Part shown: positions 37,401-43,582 of the stretch, one piece after another
Numbering within the stretch: position 1 is the first letter of the stretch
Layout: every line of letters starts with the position of its first letter
From: a virus
Strand: one strand, 5' to 3'
Length of the DNA: 64,000 bases
Virus record (IMG/VR): IMGVR_UViG_3300037420_000928
Location: 24,751 to 88,750 of that record
Notes under the pieces: generated by a model
Databases searched by the model: none
What the model saw: only the letters and a program-made list of their open reading frames with translations
What the model was told of the DNA's origin: nothing
Program-made: the position numbers and the translations under genes

Positions 37401-39695
37401 GTCGACCCGGAAAATAAGATCGGCGATGGTGATTTTGACCAAGGTGAGTGGGATGACGTCTGGCCCTTTGTCAGTGGCGGCACCATCCCCACCAATTTCT
37501 GGCTTTGGACGGGAGACAGCCAGACTGGCGGCCAGTCGCTGATCCTCGACAATCTGGTAACTGGCGGGTCCGGCGGCGGCACCATTCCGTCGCTCTATGT
37601 AAGCTCGGATTACCTGCCGGTGAAGGCTGGCCAGAACCTTGCCTGGGAGATCACCCGCCGCACTAATGATGGCTCGTCAACGGTTGGCCTCTATTACCGC
37701 ATCCTCTGGTTCAAGCGCGACAAGACGGCATCGGCCACGACTTCGACCGACACGATCTCCAATGGCTCAATCCCGTCTGCCTGGACGACCAGCAGCGGCA
37801 TTGTCGCCGTCCCGTCCGACGCCTGCTACGCCGTGGTGCGCATTTTCCATCATTCCACCTCTACGACACGCTATCTCATCCTTGACCGTGTATCACTGCG
37901 GAAGGCTGAAGGGCATGCGCTGATCCCGAACGGTACGCTGGTGGAAGGGATGACCGATCAGACCACGCCAGCAACTGTCACATCTTTGGCGTTGAGTTCT
38001 CTCACCGCCGACATCGACGGTGACGGTTCGATTGATGCCGGTCTTTCGCTGGCGATCACGAACCCGAATACCGGGGTCAGCATCAAACGCTATATTGTTG
38101 AAGTACAGCGTGACAGTGCAGCCAGCCCCGGAACATATACCTTCTGGCAGCGGGATACTGTCGAGGCTGAAGACACAGCCGACAGTTTGACGACGACCTA
38201 CACCTTCAAAGCCAACAAGAACCGGTCCCACAAGTGCCGTGTGCGGCCTGTTTCCTTCAACGGCAAGAAAGGGGCGTGGTCGGCCCTGTCAGGCGCAGCC
38301 ACACCGACGACGGTCAGCGGGTACAATGGTAAGACGGGATCAACCCCGACGGCTGCTGCTATCGCTAACGCGGTCAAGGTGACGTGGGCGCTAACGGATA
38401 ATGCCGCAGCGGCCCTCGATCTGACGATCTACAAGAAGACGGAAATCCTGGTCGGCGGCGTCTCGGTTGGCTTTGCCCACGGAACGTTCTGGACGGACAC
38501 CACACCCCGCACCCCGGGCACGAGCTACACCTATACCGTCAAGCACTACGATGTGCATGGCAACGTGACGACGGTTTCGGCTGGCTCTGCGGTGACATGG
38601 CGTAATGCCTCGGCTGTGCCCGCCACCGGGGACTTTGATACCACGGCTCTGGCAGTCCCAGGCAGCTTCACTTACGCCCAGGATACCAGCTATGACATCA
38701 ATGGTGATGGCACCATCGATATGATCATGAAAGTGGGTTGGGCCGCTGTCACCAACGCTGTCGGCTATGAGATCGAGATTTCCCGCTCGACTACGCTTGG
38801 GGGTACCTACACTGTTGTTGGTTTAGGCGGGATCGTCAACACTCTTGAACACCGCCATATCTGCAACGTGAATTACTTCTATAAGGCCCGTGTTAGAGCA
38901 AGAAACGCCTATGGGCAGCCTGGGTCATGGACGGCACTATCCTCTGGTGTGCAGCCGGCTAAAAAATCTGCAACAACGCTGACGGCTCCTGCGAGTATCG
39001 GCGCAACGATGGATTGGCAGGGTCGTGGTTTTTATTGGACCGACCCAACAACCCAGCCTGACTACCTGCACTCCGAGGTGCAGATTTCCTTCTTCGTTTC
39101 TGGTGCGTGGGGGGCATGGCTGAATTCAAAAGGTACAAGCGGTGGCGTAGACATCGTTGTCGGTAATTACTATTTCTATCCGTGGGCCAACTATACAGAC
39201 CCACTGCGAATTCAAGTTCGCCACGTAGACAGGTCGCTTAATGCAACGTCCTGGACGGTTTATGACACATCGACATTACCACCCAACTTTGGCACCAGCT
39301 TCAAGATTGGGAACACTAGTATTGCCGATAATGCCATAAACGAGCGCTACCTATCTTCGACCAACACCAGCCAATCTTGCGGTGCTGCTACAAAGACGCT
39401 TGTCGAGAGCGTAGCAATTGTTCACGGCACTGGCGCTAATTTGGTTGAGTTCCACGCCACGTTTCGAAACGTCTCCGGTGGTAGCCGAACCATGGACGTT
39501 CAATTTGAAGATGGGTCTGGTAACGTCTATCAGACCTACACCGGCATCGTGCTGGCCGATAACGCCATGGTCACCCTCCTGGGCTGTAACGCTCTACCGG
39601 GAGGGAGCACTACCACCTACCGGCTCTATGTCACCATGACCACTGCCGGTTCGGTCAACAACACAAAAGTCATGGGATTTGCTAGGAGGCGTTAA
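28458..39695 (+). CDS. Giant central tail fibre / host-specificity protein, lambda gpJ-like, with FN3-like and carbohydrate-binding-like repeats
   Basis: gpJ core (GEGEVEG, YPDTALLG, YTNNPAWIYYD, DKWSLYSIAKVCDEMVPDGYGGTEPRF, GCTSRGAARRLG) followed by about 2700 aa of repeated beta modules. Confidence 0.9.
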   Translation: MARRFDDDLNMSGGMGKGPSDDDNTLRSQATAKVLYVLGEGEVEGIENGLKQILMDDTRVQASDGSYNIENVKIYERTGTSNQSYIHAFDKVETLIPVGVGPIEHAVPATQDLTDESFTSARVTVQFPSLFNSTDDGMKKFSVQFKIEVKYAGGSWTNPFVSDTSDGTIEVNGKNTSPYEAQFEFKLPRAPSGSSNPWSVRLTRVSEDTSSDKKQDDIYFATLVGIIDRKLNYPDTALLGLELQARNFDGSIPRLSVILKGRKIRIPSNYNPVTRNYSGVWDGTFVRAYTNNPAWIYYDIAENRRFGMGSLIDQHMIDKWSLYSIAKVCDEMVPDGYGGTEPRFTVNAVITEAKEAYDLMQQIASAFRGMSYWSSGALTATQDVLSDPVALLNRSNVINGEFDYSSSSLSARHTVVYVKYKDALDDYKDAMEIVTDRTGLLLYGERVKEVTAFGCTSRGAARRLGLWILYTELHETQTVTFKAGLDQAHRRPGEIIYIMDKEVSALDWGGRVMAGSTTSRIYLDRSVHISAGPTYTMNVILPDGSVASKTVTDGAGDYTDLHLGSALGSVPIDGASWILSSTAVEPKKWRIVSVLETDPHIYTITALEVYEPKYTLIDEEATFTVPNYRADTKPGTPTNLTAEEYYYHKDGVPKAGILFSWSHPAGELTPMYRVRIDEPGDAGDEAKDEWMTQRVRDCSFDLKRARAGDYKITVQTMGSRHRISDKATLTFTAQGRKGLPTFTADNLEIVGETGTNVFTQKNVTIKWDPTIDKGPVHSLSYKQSRIKVYDNTNTLTPVLLRTQIVKKAERFKYTAAMNKADMAAAGGSGRTRYLKFVVDIADEFDRYGATSTITATNSALPAPVVTAVGDMHTIFVNWDNLDDKDYVGTNVYIGTTSGFTPGPSNLAWTGHQSQVTLKKPAGTYYVKVGNFDSFSSVPDFFSTAIAVTVGDMDAIDSTAPATPTGLTVTSDTIGADDGTVFGRLLVNWTDNTETDLAGYDVQVKEGAGNYSSEWVTNSKYVLRVTPGQSYTVKVCAFDRAGNKSAYVTASAHTAAKDTVAPANVANLTAVSQFKKIKIKYDQPTEFDYAHSEIWRNTVNNSGTATRIGFSRSDHYIDNEASLDQDYYYWVKHVDFTGNKSNFGTAAGPVQASRVQDADTDQTALAAPTGLSLGQDNVDVDDDGKVDIALLATWTDLGLTCKSYEAELSISSTSGGTYTVIDHKNVRTEKARFEAKSTKWYKFRVRGFNAFGAPGTWSALSTAFQPAKKSALPTDATWQASNAITALPLGVLLRWVGISDKDYKKTLVYRNTVNDSSTASVVGHTDGNQYRDDDGLVAGTTYYYWLKHVDRTDNVSFNFSAVKSVTWRYVQDGDTDQTALSAIGTVTITQDNIDVDGDGKVDIGGLVTWTDLGASYKHYEVELSQSATSGGAYTLIDNKTLKQTTARFGMKTTKWYKARVRGFNAFGAPGTWSALSAAFNPAGKTALPTVPSGVTLTARAKHFLIEWTQPVDADIRRYELYINTANSQTGGTLVKAGNGDHFPYSKDLVVGTAYYAFMRSIDTTGNPSAWVAASNNPQTYRQAQSADLENNAVIPSKALLGDTENKVRDSDCVDISLWSTPSGVTLSSNGTSLVTESRYKIVSTPQVAAIEIDGGIDIQVKAGKKYYVEALLSSSDLVTSITGYSLSINWYSMSNTGVPTLLSNSVVNTGSGVSTTLSGIVTAPTNARRAQLVAKKTSAENLGLGLSGPIFKKAIEDNLTDQAALAAPGTVTITQDNVDVDGDGKVDIAGLVSWSDVSALYKQYETELSISSTSGGTYTVIDNKNSKQTTARFVMKSTKWYKARVRGFNAFGAPGSWSALSAAFQPAKKTSYTGTAPAGLTALAKPKCVKLKWTMNSDADYRETIVLRDGVEIDRVSGAGYTDQTELTVGSTYSYTIQHVDTCGNVSTASSAATAVYRGAQTTDIGPDQVTPSRTAPLDRSNMVRGADMTELSLYTSTGGTLATAASSNVSESTNELSVPATTSASTISTLADIPVKANKWYYVNGHAGTTNGQSAGVYLQVLWFSDAAGTVFITSDTLPVITGTTVTEFEKVLKAPAGARRAMLRAGKQASGTAADLLFYGPIFRKAANTEMIPAGAVLDANTDQTAPNAPGTPAISAVTADFDDDGTIEGGLHITFTAPGSGVNVKQYEVEIWRANSAGTAGSLTGYSFWKKIHTYGLAADTQANARKFYKACVRAKSFNGTTGADSAFTSIGIQPSTYTTAISTPAAPTVTAKVAGNVIRFPKCTDKNYKETIINRTGTGEIARVTGNRYVDRDDALVQGTGYTYTIQHVTNTDVASSASPASSSVVYKNVQTGDIEDGSVSDAKADQTAPGTPSAPSISTITADVDGDGTVDTGLRVTMTLPSGVPVKFFEIELQRSATLGGTYTAFGERKPVPAEASGSTIFDFKANSAKFYKARYRAISFAGIKGSYSSLTTTGVQPLQYLSSIPTPTLTVTPKPKGMFLEWSKWQDNTYLESIVFRDGVELMRLKGNSYTDNDELNFGQSYSYTVQHMDRQNRVGTVSSAAAATYRGLKSTDSNTNDPAAMCENNDFSLGPNIGWSGPGDIVSDAVNAFRGTYVMTKVYAGVTINYTNRNTLLFPVRAGEQYYIGGMLKTDGSFAASTGLGYRLSLCSDAAGTTEITTVPIYFLTSPNTTWTEYGGVVTIPATSTIAFARLEPTVIGMTAGQVWWSHCFCRPEASKLVKAGGITDTKTDQTAPGAPGVPVLTTITADLDGDGTIDTGLTATWTAATSGKHYELEVWEATAVGTSGSLTGYTLWKKFPVFGLTTNFKAKANRFYKACVRTKSFNGTTGTDSAFTSVGVQPTSYSNTMPTVTWPSTAIWLKPKHIALKWNQIASTFKHAIEIVVYRNTTNNSATATEIGTAPANAQRYVDSDGDLVAGTTYYYWLKVRDAVGNVSASFSAVQSITFYLIGSGSLRANVDPENKIGDGDFDQGEWDDVWPFVSGGTIPTNFWLWTGDSQTGGQSLILDNLVTGGSGGGTIPSLYVSSDYLPVKAGQNLAWEITRRTNDGSSTVGLYYRILWFKRDKTASATTSTDTISNGSIPSAWTTSSGIVAVPSDACYAVVRIFHHSTSTTRYLILDRVSLRKAEGHALIPNGTLVEGMTDQTTPATVTSLALSSLTADIDGDGSIDAGLSLAITNPNTGVSIKRYIVEVQRDSAASPGTYTFWQRDTVEAEDTADSLTTTYTFKANKNRSHKCRVRPVSFNGKKGAWSALSGAATPTTVSGYNGKTGSTPTAAAIANAVKVTWALTDNAAAALDLTIYKKTEILVGGVSVGFAHGTFWTDTTPRTPGTSYTYTVKHYDVHGNVTTVSAGSAVTWRNASAVPATGDFDTTALAVPGSFTYAQDTSYDINGDGTIDMIMKVGWAAVTNAVGYEIEISRSTTLGGTYTVVGLGGIVNTLEHRHICNVNYFYKARVRARNAYGQPGSWTALSSGVQPAKKSATTLTAPASIGATMDWQGRGFYWTDPTTQPDYLHSEVQISFFVSGAWGAWLNSKGTSGGVDIVVGNYYFYPWANYTDPLRIQVRHVDRSLNATSWTVYDTSTLPPNFGTSFKIGNTSIADNAINERYLSSTNTSQSCGAATKTLVESVAIVHGTGANLVEFHATFRNVSGGSRTMDVQFEDGSGNVYQTYTGIVLADNAMVTLLGCNALPGGSTTTYRLYVTMTTAGSVNNTKVMGFARRR
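29536..29549 (+). promoter_or_regulatory. Dispersed palindrome copy TGCAACAAATTGCA (in gpJ core)
   Basis: Exact match. Confidence 0.7.
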
Positions 39696-40228
39696 TGTTT
39701 TTCGGACTTTACAACCCGGCGTCGGGCGTCATCAGAAAAGGCCTATCAGGGCCGTCTGCGGAATGGGCGGCTCTCAATGCCATTGAGGGCGAACTGGTAA
39801 TCGAAAGCGACACCGAGATCGACAACAGCAGACAGGCCGTCGATATCTCAGCCAGCCCGCATGCCCTGATTTATAAGACCCCCGACAAGACACAGATAGA
39901 GCTTGCAGTCGACGTCAACCGGGAACGAAGCCGACGGATTGAAGCCGGCACCGTGATCGACGGCGTCCGGGTCACCGGCCGAGACGAGGATACCCGCAAT
40001 CTCACCAACCTCGCTTTGGCGGCTCAGTTGCGGATTACCATGGGGGATACCACACCGACCATATTCAGGGATGGTGACAACGTCGATCACGAGTTGAGCC
40101 CGACCCAGGTGCTGAGCCTCTGGAAGAACTCCTCTGCTTACGTTTCGGCAGTGTATGCCGCCAGTTGGGCCTTGAAAGGAATGGCGGAAATCCCGCAAGA
40201 CTACTCAAGCGATCATTACTGGCCGTGA
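39695..40228 (+). CDS. Tail-fibre-associated protein, DUF4376-like C-terminus
   Basis: VNRERSRRIEAG...FRDGDNVDHELSPTQVLSL pattern, directly after the fibre gene. Confidence 0.6.
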   Translation: MFFGLYNPASGVIRKGLSGPSAEWAALNAIEGELVIESDTEIDNSRQAVDISASPHALIYKTPDKTQIELAVDVNRERSRRIEAGTVIDGVRVTGRDEDTRNLTNLALAAQLRITMGDTTPTIFRDGDNVDHELSPTQVLSLWKNSSAYVSAVYAASWALKGMAEIPQDYSSDHYWP

Positions 40229-40304
40229 GCACCCTGGCCACTGGGAAGAGCCACGCTACCGTACAGAGCATTGACTTGTCATGATCAGGCGATAACGATT
40301 TCAG

Positions 40305-40318
40305 TGCAACAAATTGCA
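40305..40318 (+). promoter_or_regulatory. Dispersed palindrome copy TGCAACAAATTGCA (upstream of lysis cassette)
   Basis: Exact match, intergenic. Confidence 0.75.
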
Positions 40319-40341
40319 CTAGAACAAGGGCACCCCCGATC

Positions 40342-40620
40342 ATGAAGCAGCTTCTCGTCTCGAAGCCTGGGAAGGTCATCAAGCATTCGGCCAACCTTCG
40401 TTTTATTGAAATCAGCACATTGGTGATCGTCCTGGAAGGACTGGCCACCGCTGCTCCCTACTGGGGGCTTCTCTCCACCGAGACCAGCCAGTATGCCCAG
40501 ATGGCGGGGCCGGTCCTAGCCACCATCCTCAACTCAGCGGCATGGGTTGCCCGGTTGATCGCCCAGAAATCGCTTTCCAATCAGCAGGAGCAAGACGATG
40601 ACGACTTTCGCGGGGTCTAA
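40342..40620 (+). CDS. Small membrane protein, holin/antiholin candidate
   Basis: Two hydrophobic segments and a charged C-terminus; overlaps the endolysin start. Confidence 0.55.
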   Translation: MKQLLVSKPGKVIKHSANLRFIEISTLVIVLEGLATAAPYWGLLSTETSQYAQMAGPVLATILNSAAWVARLIAQKSLSNQQEQDDDDFRGV

Positions 40621-41182
40621 GCGAGGCAAGGCGGCGATTGCTGCCGTATTGGCAGGGGCCGTCCTGATCGGACACACCTATTTCACCAAGGGCACCGACG
40701 GGCAGCAGCACCCAGCCGCTGTTGTGCTCGCCACCAAGCAGATCGAAAACTGGGAAGGCTTTGCCTCGGTTGCCTACCTGGATCGGATTGCCAATCCCCC
40801 GAAATGGACCTGCGGCTTCGGGGACCTGAAGAATTGCAAGCCGGGGATGACGACCACCCGCGCCCAAGCGGAAGCCGTGCTCCTCGTCCGGGTCGAGAAG
40901 GACTTCTACTCTCCGATGAAGCAGTGCATCAAAGGCTTCGATGAAATGCCGGTCGGCGTGCAGGCCTCTGCGATCATGGGGGCCTACAATTACGGTGTGG
41001 CCCGGTGGTGTCATTCCACTTCTTCCAGGCTGTTCGCCAAGAAGCAATACAAGGACGGCTGCGCGGCGGCGACAGCTTTCAACAAGGCCGGGGGAAAGAT
41101 CGTCAACGGACTGGTTAAGCGACGGGAGATGGGAGACGCCCAGCGTATTGGCGAAGCGGAGCTTTGTCTCTCTGGATTGTAG
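40598..41182 (+). CDS. Endolysin, GH24 lysozyme with N-terminal SAR domain
   Basis: KRGK followed by Ala/Gly-rich AAIAAVLAGAVLIG; catalytic EGFASVAYLD...WTCGFG; C-terminal KAGGKIVNGLVKRR. Confidence 0.85.
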   Translation: MTTFAGSKRGKAAIAAVLAGAVLIGHTYFTKGTDGQQHPAAVVLATKQIENWEGFASVAYLDRIANPPKWTCGFGDLKNCKPGMTTTRAQAEAVLLVRVEKDFYSPMKQCIKGFDEMPVGVQASAIMGAYNYGVARWCHSTSSRLFAKKQYKDGCAAATAFNKAGGKIVNGLVKRREMGDAQRIGEAELCLSGL

Positions 41183-41190
41183 GTATTACG

Positions 41191-41364
41191 ATGACCATCA
41201 ACGACATGTTTAAGCTAACTCCACTCAGCGAACGGCAACTCGACAAGCAGCAGCAAGCCACCATCATTCACGAGAAACGGATGACGGAGGCGGTGAAGAT
41301 TTCCGAACTTCGGCGGATCATCAAGCAATACAATATCAAGCGGATCGGGCGCCGTGATGGGTAG
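41191..41364 (+). CDS. Small hypothetical protein
   Basis: MTINDMFKLTPLSERQ...; in lysis cassette context. Confidence 0.45.
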   Translation: MTINDMFKLTPLSERQLDKQQQATIIHEKRMTEAVKISELRRIIKQYNIKRIGRRDG

Positions 41365-41722
41365 GCTATCCTCTGTTCTCAGAAGCATTGAAGGAAATCG
41401 TGTCGGGTTCTGGTGCCCAGGCTGCGATGAGATGCACATGGTCACGGTGAGGACCGACGGGCAGCATGTCAGCGGGTCAGCCTGGGGCTATAACCTCAAC
41501 CCCGAGAAGCCAACCTTTACTCCCTCGATCCTTTGCCGCTGGGAAACGCCGAGCGACGTTCCCGAAGAATTCGATGACGACAGCAAGAACATCAAGCACG
41601 TCTGCCACTCCTTTGTGAGAGACGGCATGATCGAGTTTCTCCCGGACTGCACCCATCACCTTGCTGGGTTCACGGTGCCGATCCCGGAATGGCCTAAGCC
41701 GGAGGGCTGGGAAGACCCGTGA
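41354..41722 (+). CDS. Cys/His-rich protein, DUF6527-like
   Basis: FWCPGC..H, KPTFTPSIL, VCHSFVRDGMIEFLPDCTHHLAG. Confidence 0.65.
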   Translation: MMGRLSSVLRSIEGNRVGFWCPGCDEMHMVTVRTDGQHVSGSAWGYNLNPEKPTFTPSILCRWETPSDVPEEFDDDSKNIKHVCHSFVRDGMIEFLPDCTHHLAGFTVPIPEWPKPEGWEDP

Positions 41723-42138
41723 CCCTCTTGCTGCCTATTCTCAGCGTTCTGTGGAAGATCGCCAAGTTCTCGATCCCGATCCCCCTCGGGATCATTTTTG
41801 CTTTAGGGCTTGCTTACCAATTCCTGCTGCCCCTGAAGATCAGAGCGGCGGTTCAGGCGCGGGTGACAGAAATGGTCACCCAGGCAGAGCACGAGGCCCT
41901 ACAGGAGAAATTGAAGGCATCTCAAGCCAGAGAGGCCAAGACCCAGGAGTTGCTGCATGAGGCCCAACGTCGATCGAATATCCTATCCGAGGCCAATGCT
42001 CGCCTCCAGCAGCAAGCAGCCGTCGACGCTGCCTACCAAGCCGAAGAGGAAAAGAAACAGGGAGATATTGCCAAAACTCCTCTTGGCGATTGCATTGCTC
42101 GGGGGGCTGTTCGGCAGCGGCTGCGCAACAATCGGTGA
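41719..42138 (+). CDS. Inner-membrane spanin (Rz-like)
   Basis: N-terminal transmembrane segment plus periplasmic coiled coil; its 3' end overlaps a lipoprotein gene. Confidence 0.75.
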   Translation: MTLLLPILSVLWKIAKFSIPIPLGIIFALGLAYQFLLPLKIRAAVQARVTEMVTQAEHEALQEKLKASQAREAKTQELLHEAQRRSNILSEANARLQQQAAVDAAYQAEEEKKQGDIAKTPLGDCIARGAVRQRLRNNR

Positions 42139-42442
42139 CCGTTTCACCAAGGCCAAGGTCGAAACCACCAAGGCCCAGGAGGCGCAAAAGGACTTGGCGC
42201 TCGTGGACCAAGCAGTGCAACTTCTTGCACAACAGCCCCCTTTCCCCGACGACTGCAAGAGTACGGTATCGTACCATGTTGTGGATAACGATCGACTGGA
42301 CGTAGCCCTCGACAAGGTGGACCTCGCGCTTTCCATGGCCAACAGGAAAATCCTACGCTGTGCTGAATGGGGCACGTCTGTCGAAAAAGGGATTAATTCC
42401 TTGAAAAAAGCTAGCAATTCGCAAAGTTTTGCACTACAATAA
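42068..42442 (+). CDS. Outer-membrane spanin lipoprotein (Rz1-like)
   Basis: Probable TTG start 42068 after AGGGAG; PKLLLAIALLGGLFGSG-C lipobox; PPFPDDC and RC motifs. Confidence 0.7.
   Translation: MPKLLLAIALLGGLFGSGCATIGDRFTKAKVETTKAQEAQKDLALVDQAVQLLAQQPPFPDDCKSTVSYHVVDNDRLDVALDKVDLALSMANRKILRCAEWGTSVEKGINSLKKASNSQSFALQ
42216..42229 (+). promoter_or_regulatory. Palindrome variant TGCAACTTCTTGCA (in o-spanin CDS)
   Basis: Perfect arms, different spacer. Confidence 0.45.
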
Positions 42443-42608
42443 GTTTAGTGCGGTCGAGTTCCGTCGTCGGCCATGCAGAACAGCGCGGGCACCGTCATAT
42501 ACCGACGCTCCTTTTATGATCAGATTTTAATGTGATTTTTAAGCCAAACCGTTTATCAACGGTCGGGTAGAGCACATCTAGTCGGCCATAAAAAGATGGA
42601 AAAACAAC

Positions 42609-42938
42609 GTGATCCCTTTCACAGATACGCTTCAGCTTATCATAGCTGGCGCTGCGGGTGGATTGCTGCGGTCCCTCTACTACCGGGTTGACTGGAGAGG
42701 GTTCGCGGTGAACATCCTGGCGGGAGCGCTGGTAGCGCGTTACATGGGGCCGGAAGGCCCGGAAATGCTACATTGGCTCATGGGCGACATCGTTAACCCC
42801 GAAGCTCTGAAGGGCCGGCTGGAACTCTGTGGGTTCCTGCTCGGCGCAGGTGGCGTAGCCGTCGTCGGATGGTTCTACGACATCGTCGGCAACAGGCTGA
42901 AGAAGGTGACGGACGATGGGTCTAAGAATGTCAATTAG
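42609..42938 (+). CDS. Holin candidate (about 3 transmembrane segments)
   Basis: IIAGAAGGLLRSL, VNILAGALVARYMG, CGFLLGAGGVAVVGW, with a basic/acidic C-tail. Confidence 0.6.
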   Translation: MIPFTDTLQLIIAGAAGGLLRSLYYRVDWRGFAVNILAGALVARYMGPEGPEMLHWLMGDIVNPEALKGRLELCGFLLGAGGVAVVGWFYDIVGNRLKKVTDDGSKNVN

Positions 42939-43473
42939 GATGGCGACCACACGGTTGCTGGAATTCACGGGCCTGACCCTCATGATCGCCATGGTCCTGG
43001 CGGTCGGGCCATCTTTAGGACGGATGCTGGCGTTGAACGTCGGTGCCGAACTACAAGAAGCGTTCTTTCCGGTTCTTGCCCCGATGCGGGCGGTGGTCGA
43101 TGATCCGATTGGCAAACGATCCATCGTCAAGCTGCTACCGTCATTCCAGATAACGTCTCAGCACTGGCAGGGGACAGACCTCCTGCTGGTCGAGGGGACG
43201 CTATGCAAGGCCCAGGATTATGAATTCGTAGATGCCAAGGTGGCCTACGGTGACCCACAGGAGGTGTTTCAGCCGGCACAGATTGAATTCTTGACGAAGG
43301 CGGGTTCCCGAGTTCCGGGTTGTCAGACCTGGAGAAACTGGTTGCTTGTAGGAGCAAAAATGACATCGACAAACAAATGGTTCATGGTTCTCACCCATCG
43401 CCCGAAGCATGGATTGTGGGAGGTGCGACAACGAATTGGCCCTTTTGACTTTCCCGCCCGAAGTAGCGGGTAG
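42916..43473 (+). CDS. Single-pass membrane protein with a probable periplasmic domain
   Basis: N-terminal hydrophobic segment and two Cys in the soluble domain; follows the holin candidate. Confidence 0.6.
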   Translation: MGLRMSIRMATTRLLEFTGLTLMIAMVLAVGPSLGRMLALNVGAELQEAFFPVLAPMRAVVDDPIGKRSIVKLLPSFQITSQHWQGTDLLLVEGTLCKAQDYEFVDAKVAYGDPQEVFQPAQIEFLTKAGSRVPGCQTWRNWLLVGAKMTSTNKWFMVLTHRPKHGLWEVRQRIGPFDFPARSSG

Positions 43474-43510
43474 GCGGGTCTGACCCGTCAGGCAAAACGA
43501 CTGCAGAGTG

Positions 43511-43545
43511 AGGTCTGGGACTTGTTCCCAGGCCTTTTCTTTTCT
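43511..43545 (+). terminator. Rho-independent terminator ending the late operon
   Basis: AGGTCTGGGA-CTTGT-TCCCAGGCCT-TTTCTTTTC. Confidence 0.7.
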
Positions 43546-43582
43546 ACTATAGGGAACCATTCGAGATTGAAGGAGTAATCCA

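Noticed and set aside
31900-38750. Diversity-generating retroelement or CRISPR-like repeats in the fibre gene
   Set aside because: The repeats are protein-level modules diverged at all bases rather than adenine-specific. No reverse transcriptase and no regular repeat-spacer array were seen.
41354-41722. Enzyme names sometimes attached to this family (for example monooxygenase or dehydrogenase)
   Set aside because: 123 aa with only Cys/His motifs; no such catalytic architecture.
42527-42542. CtrA box
   Set aside because: The spacing is TTAA-N8-TTAA, not N7; the similar site near 12247-12262 is also off-consensus.
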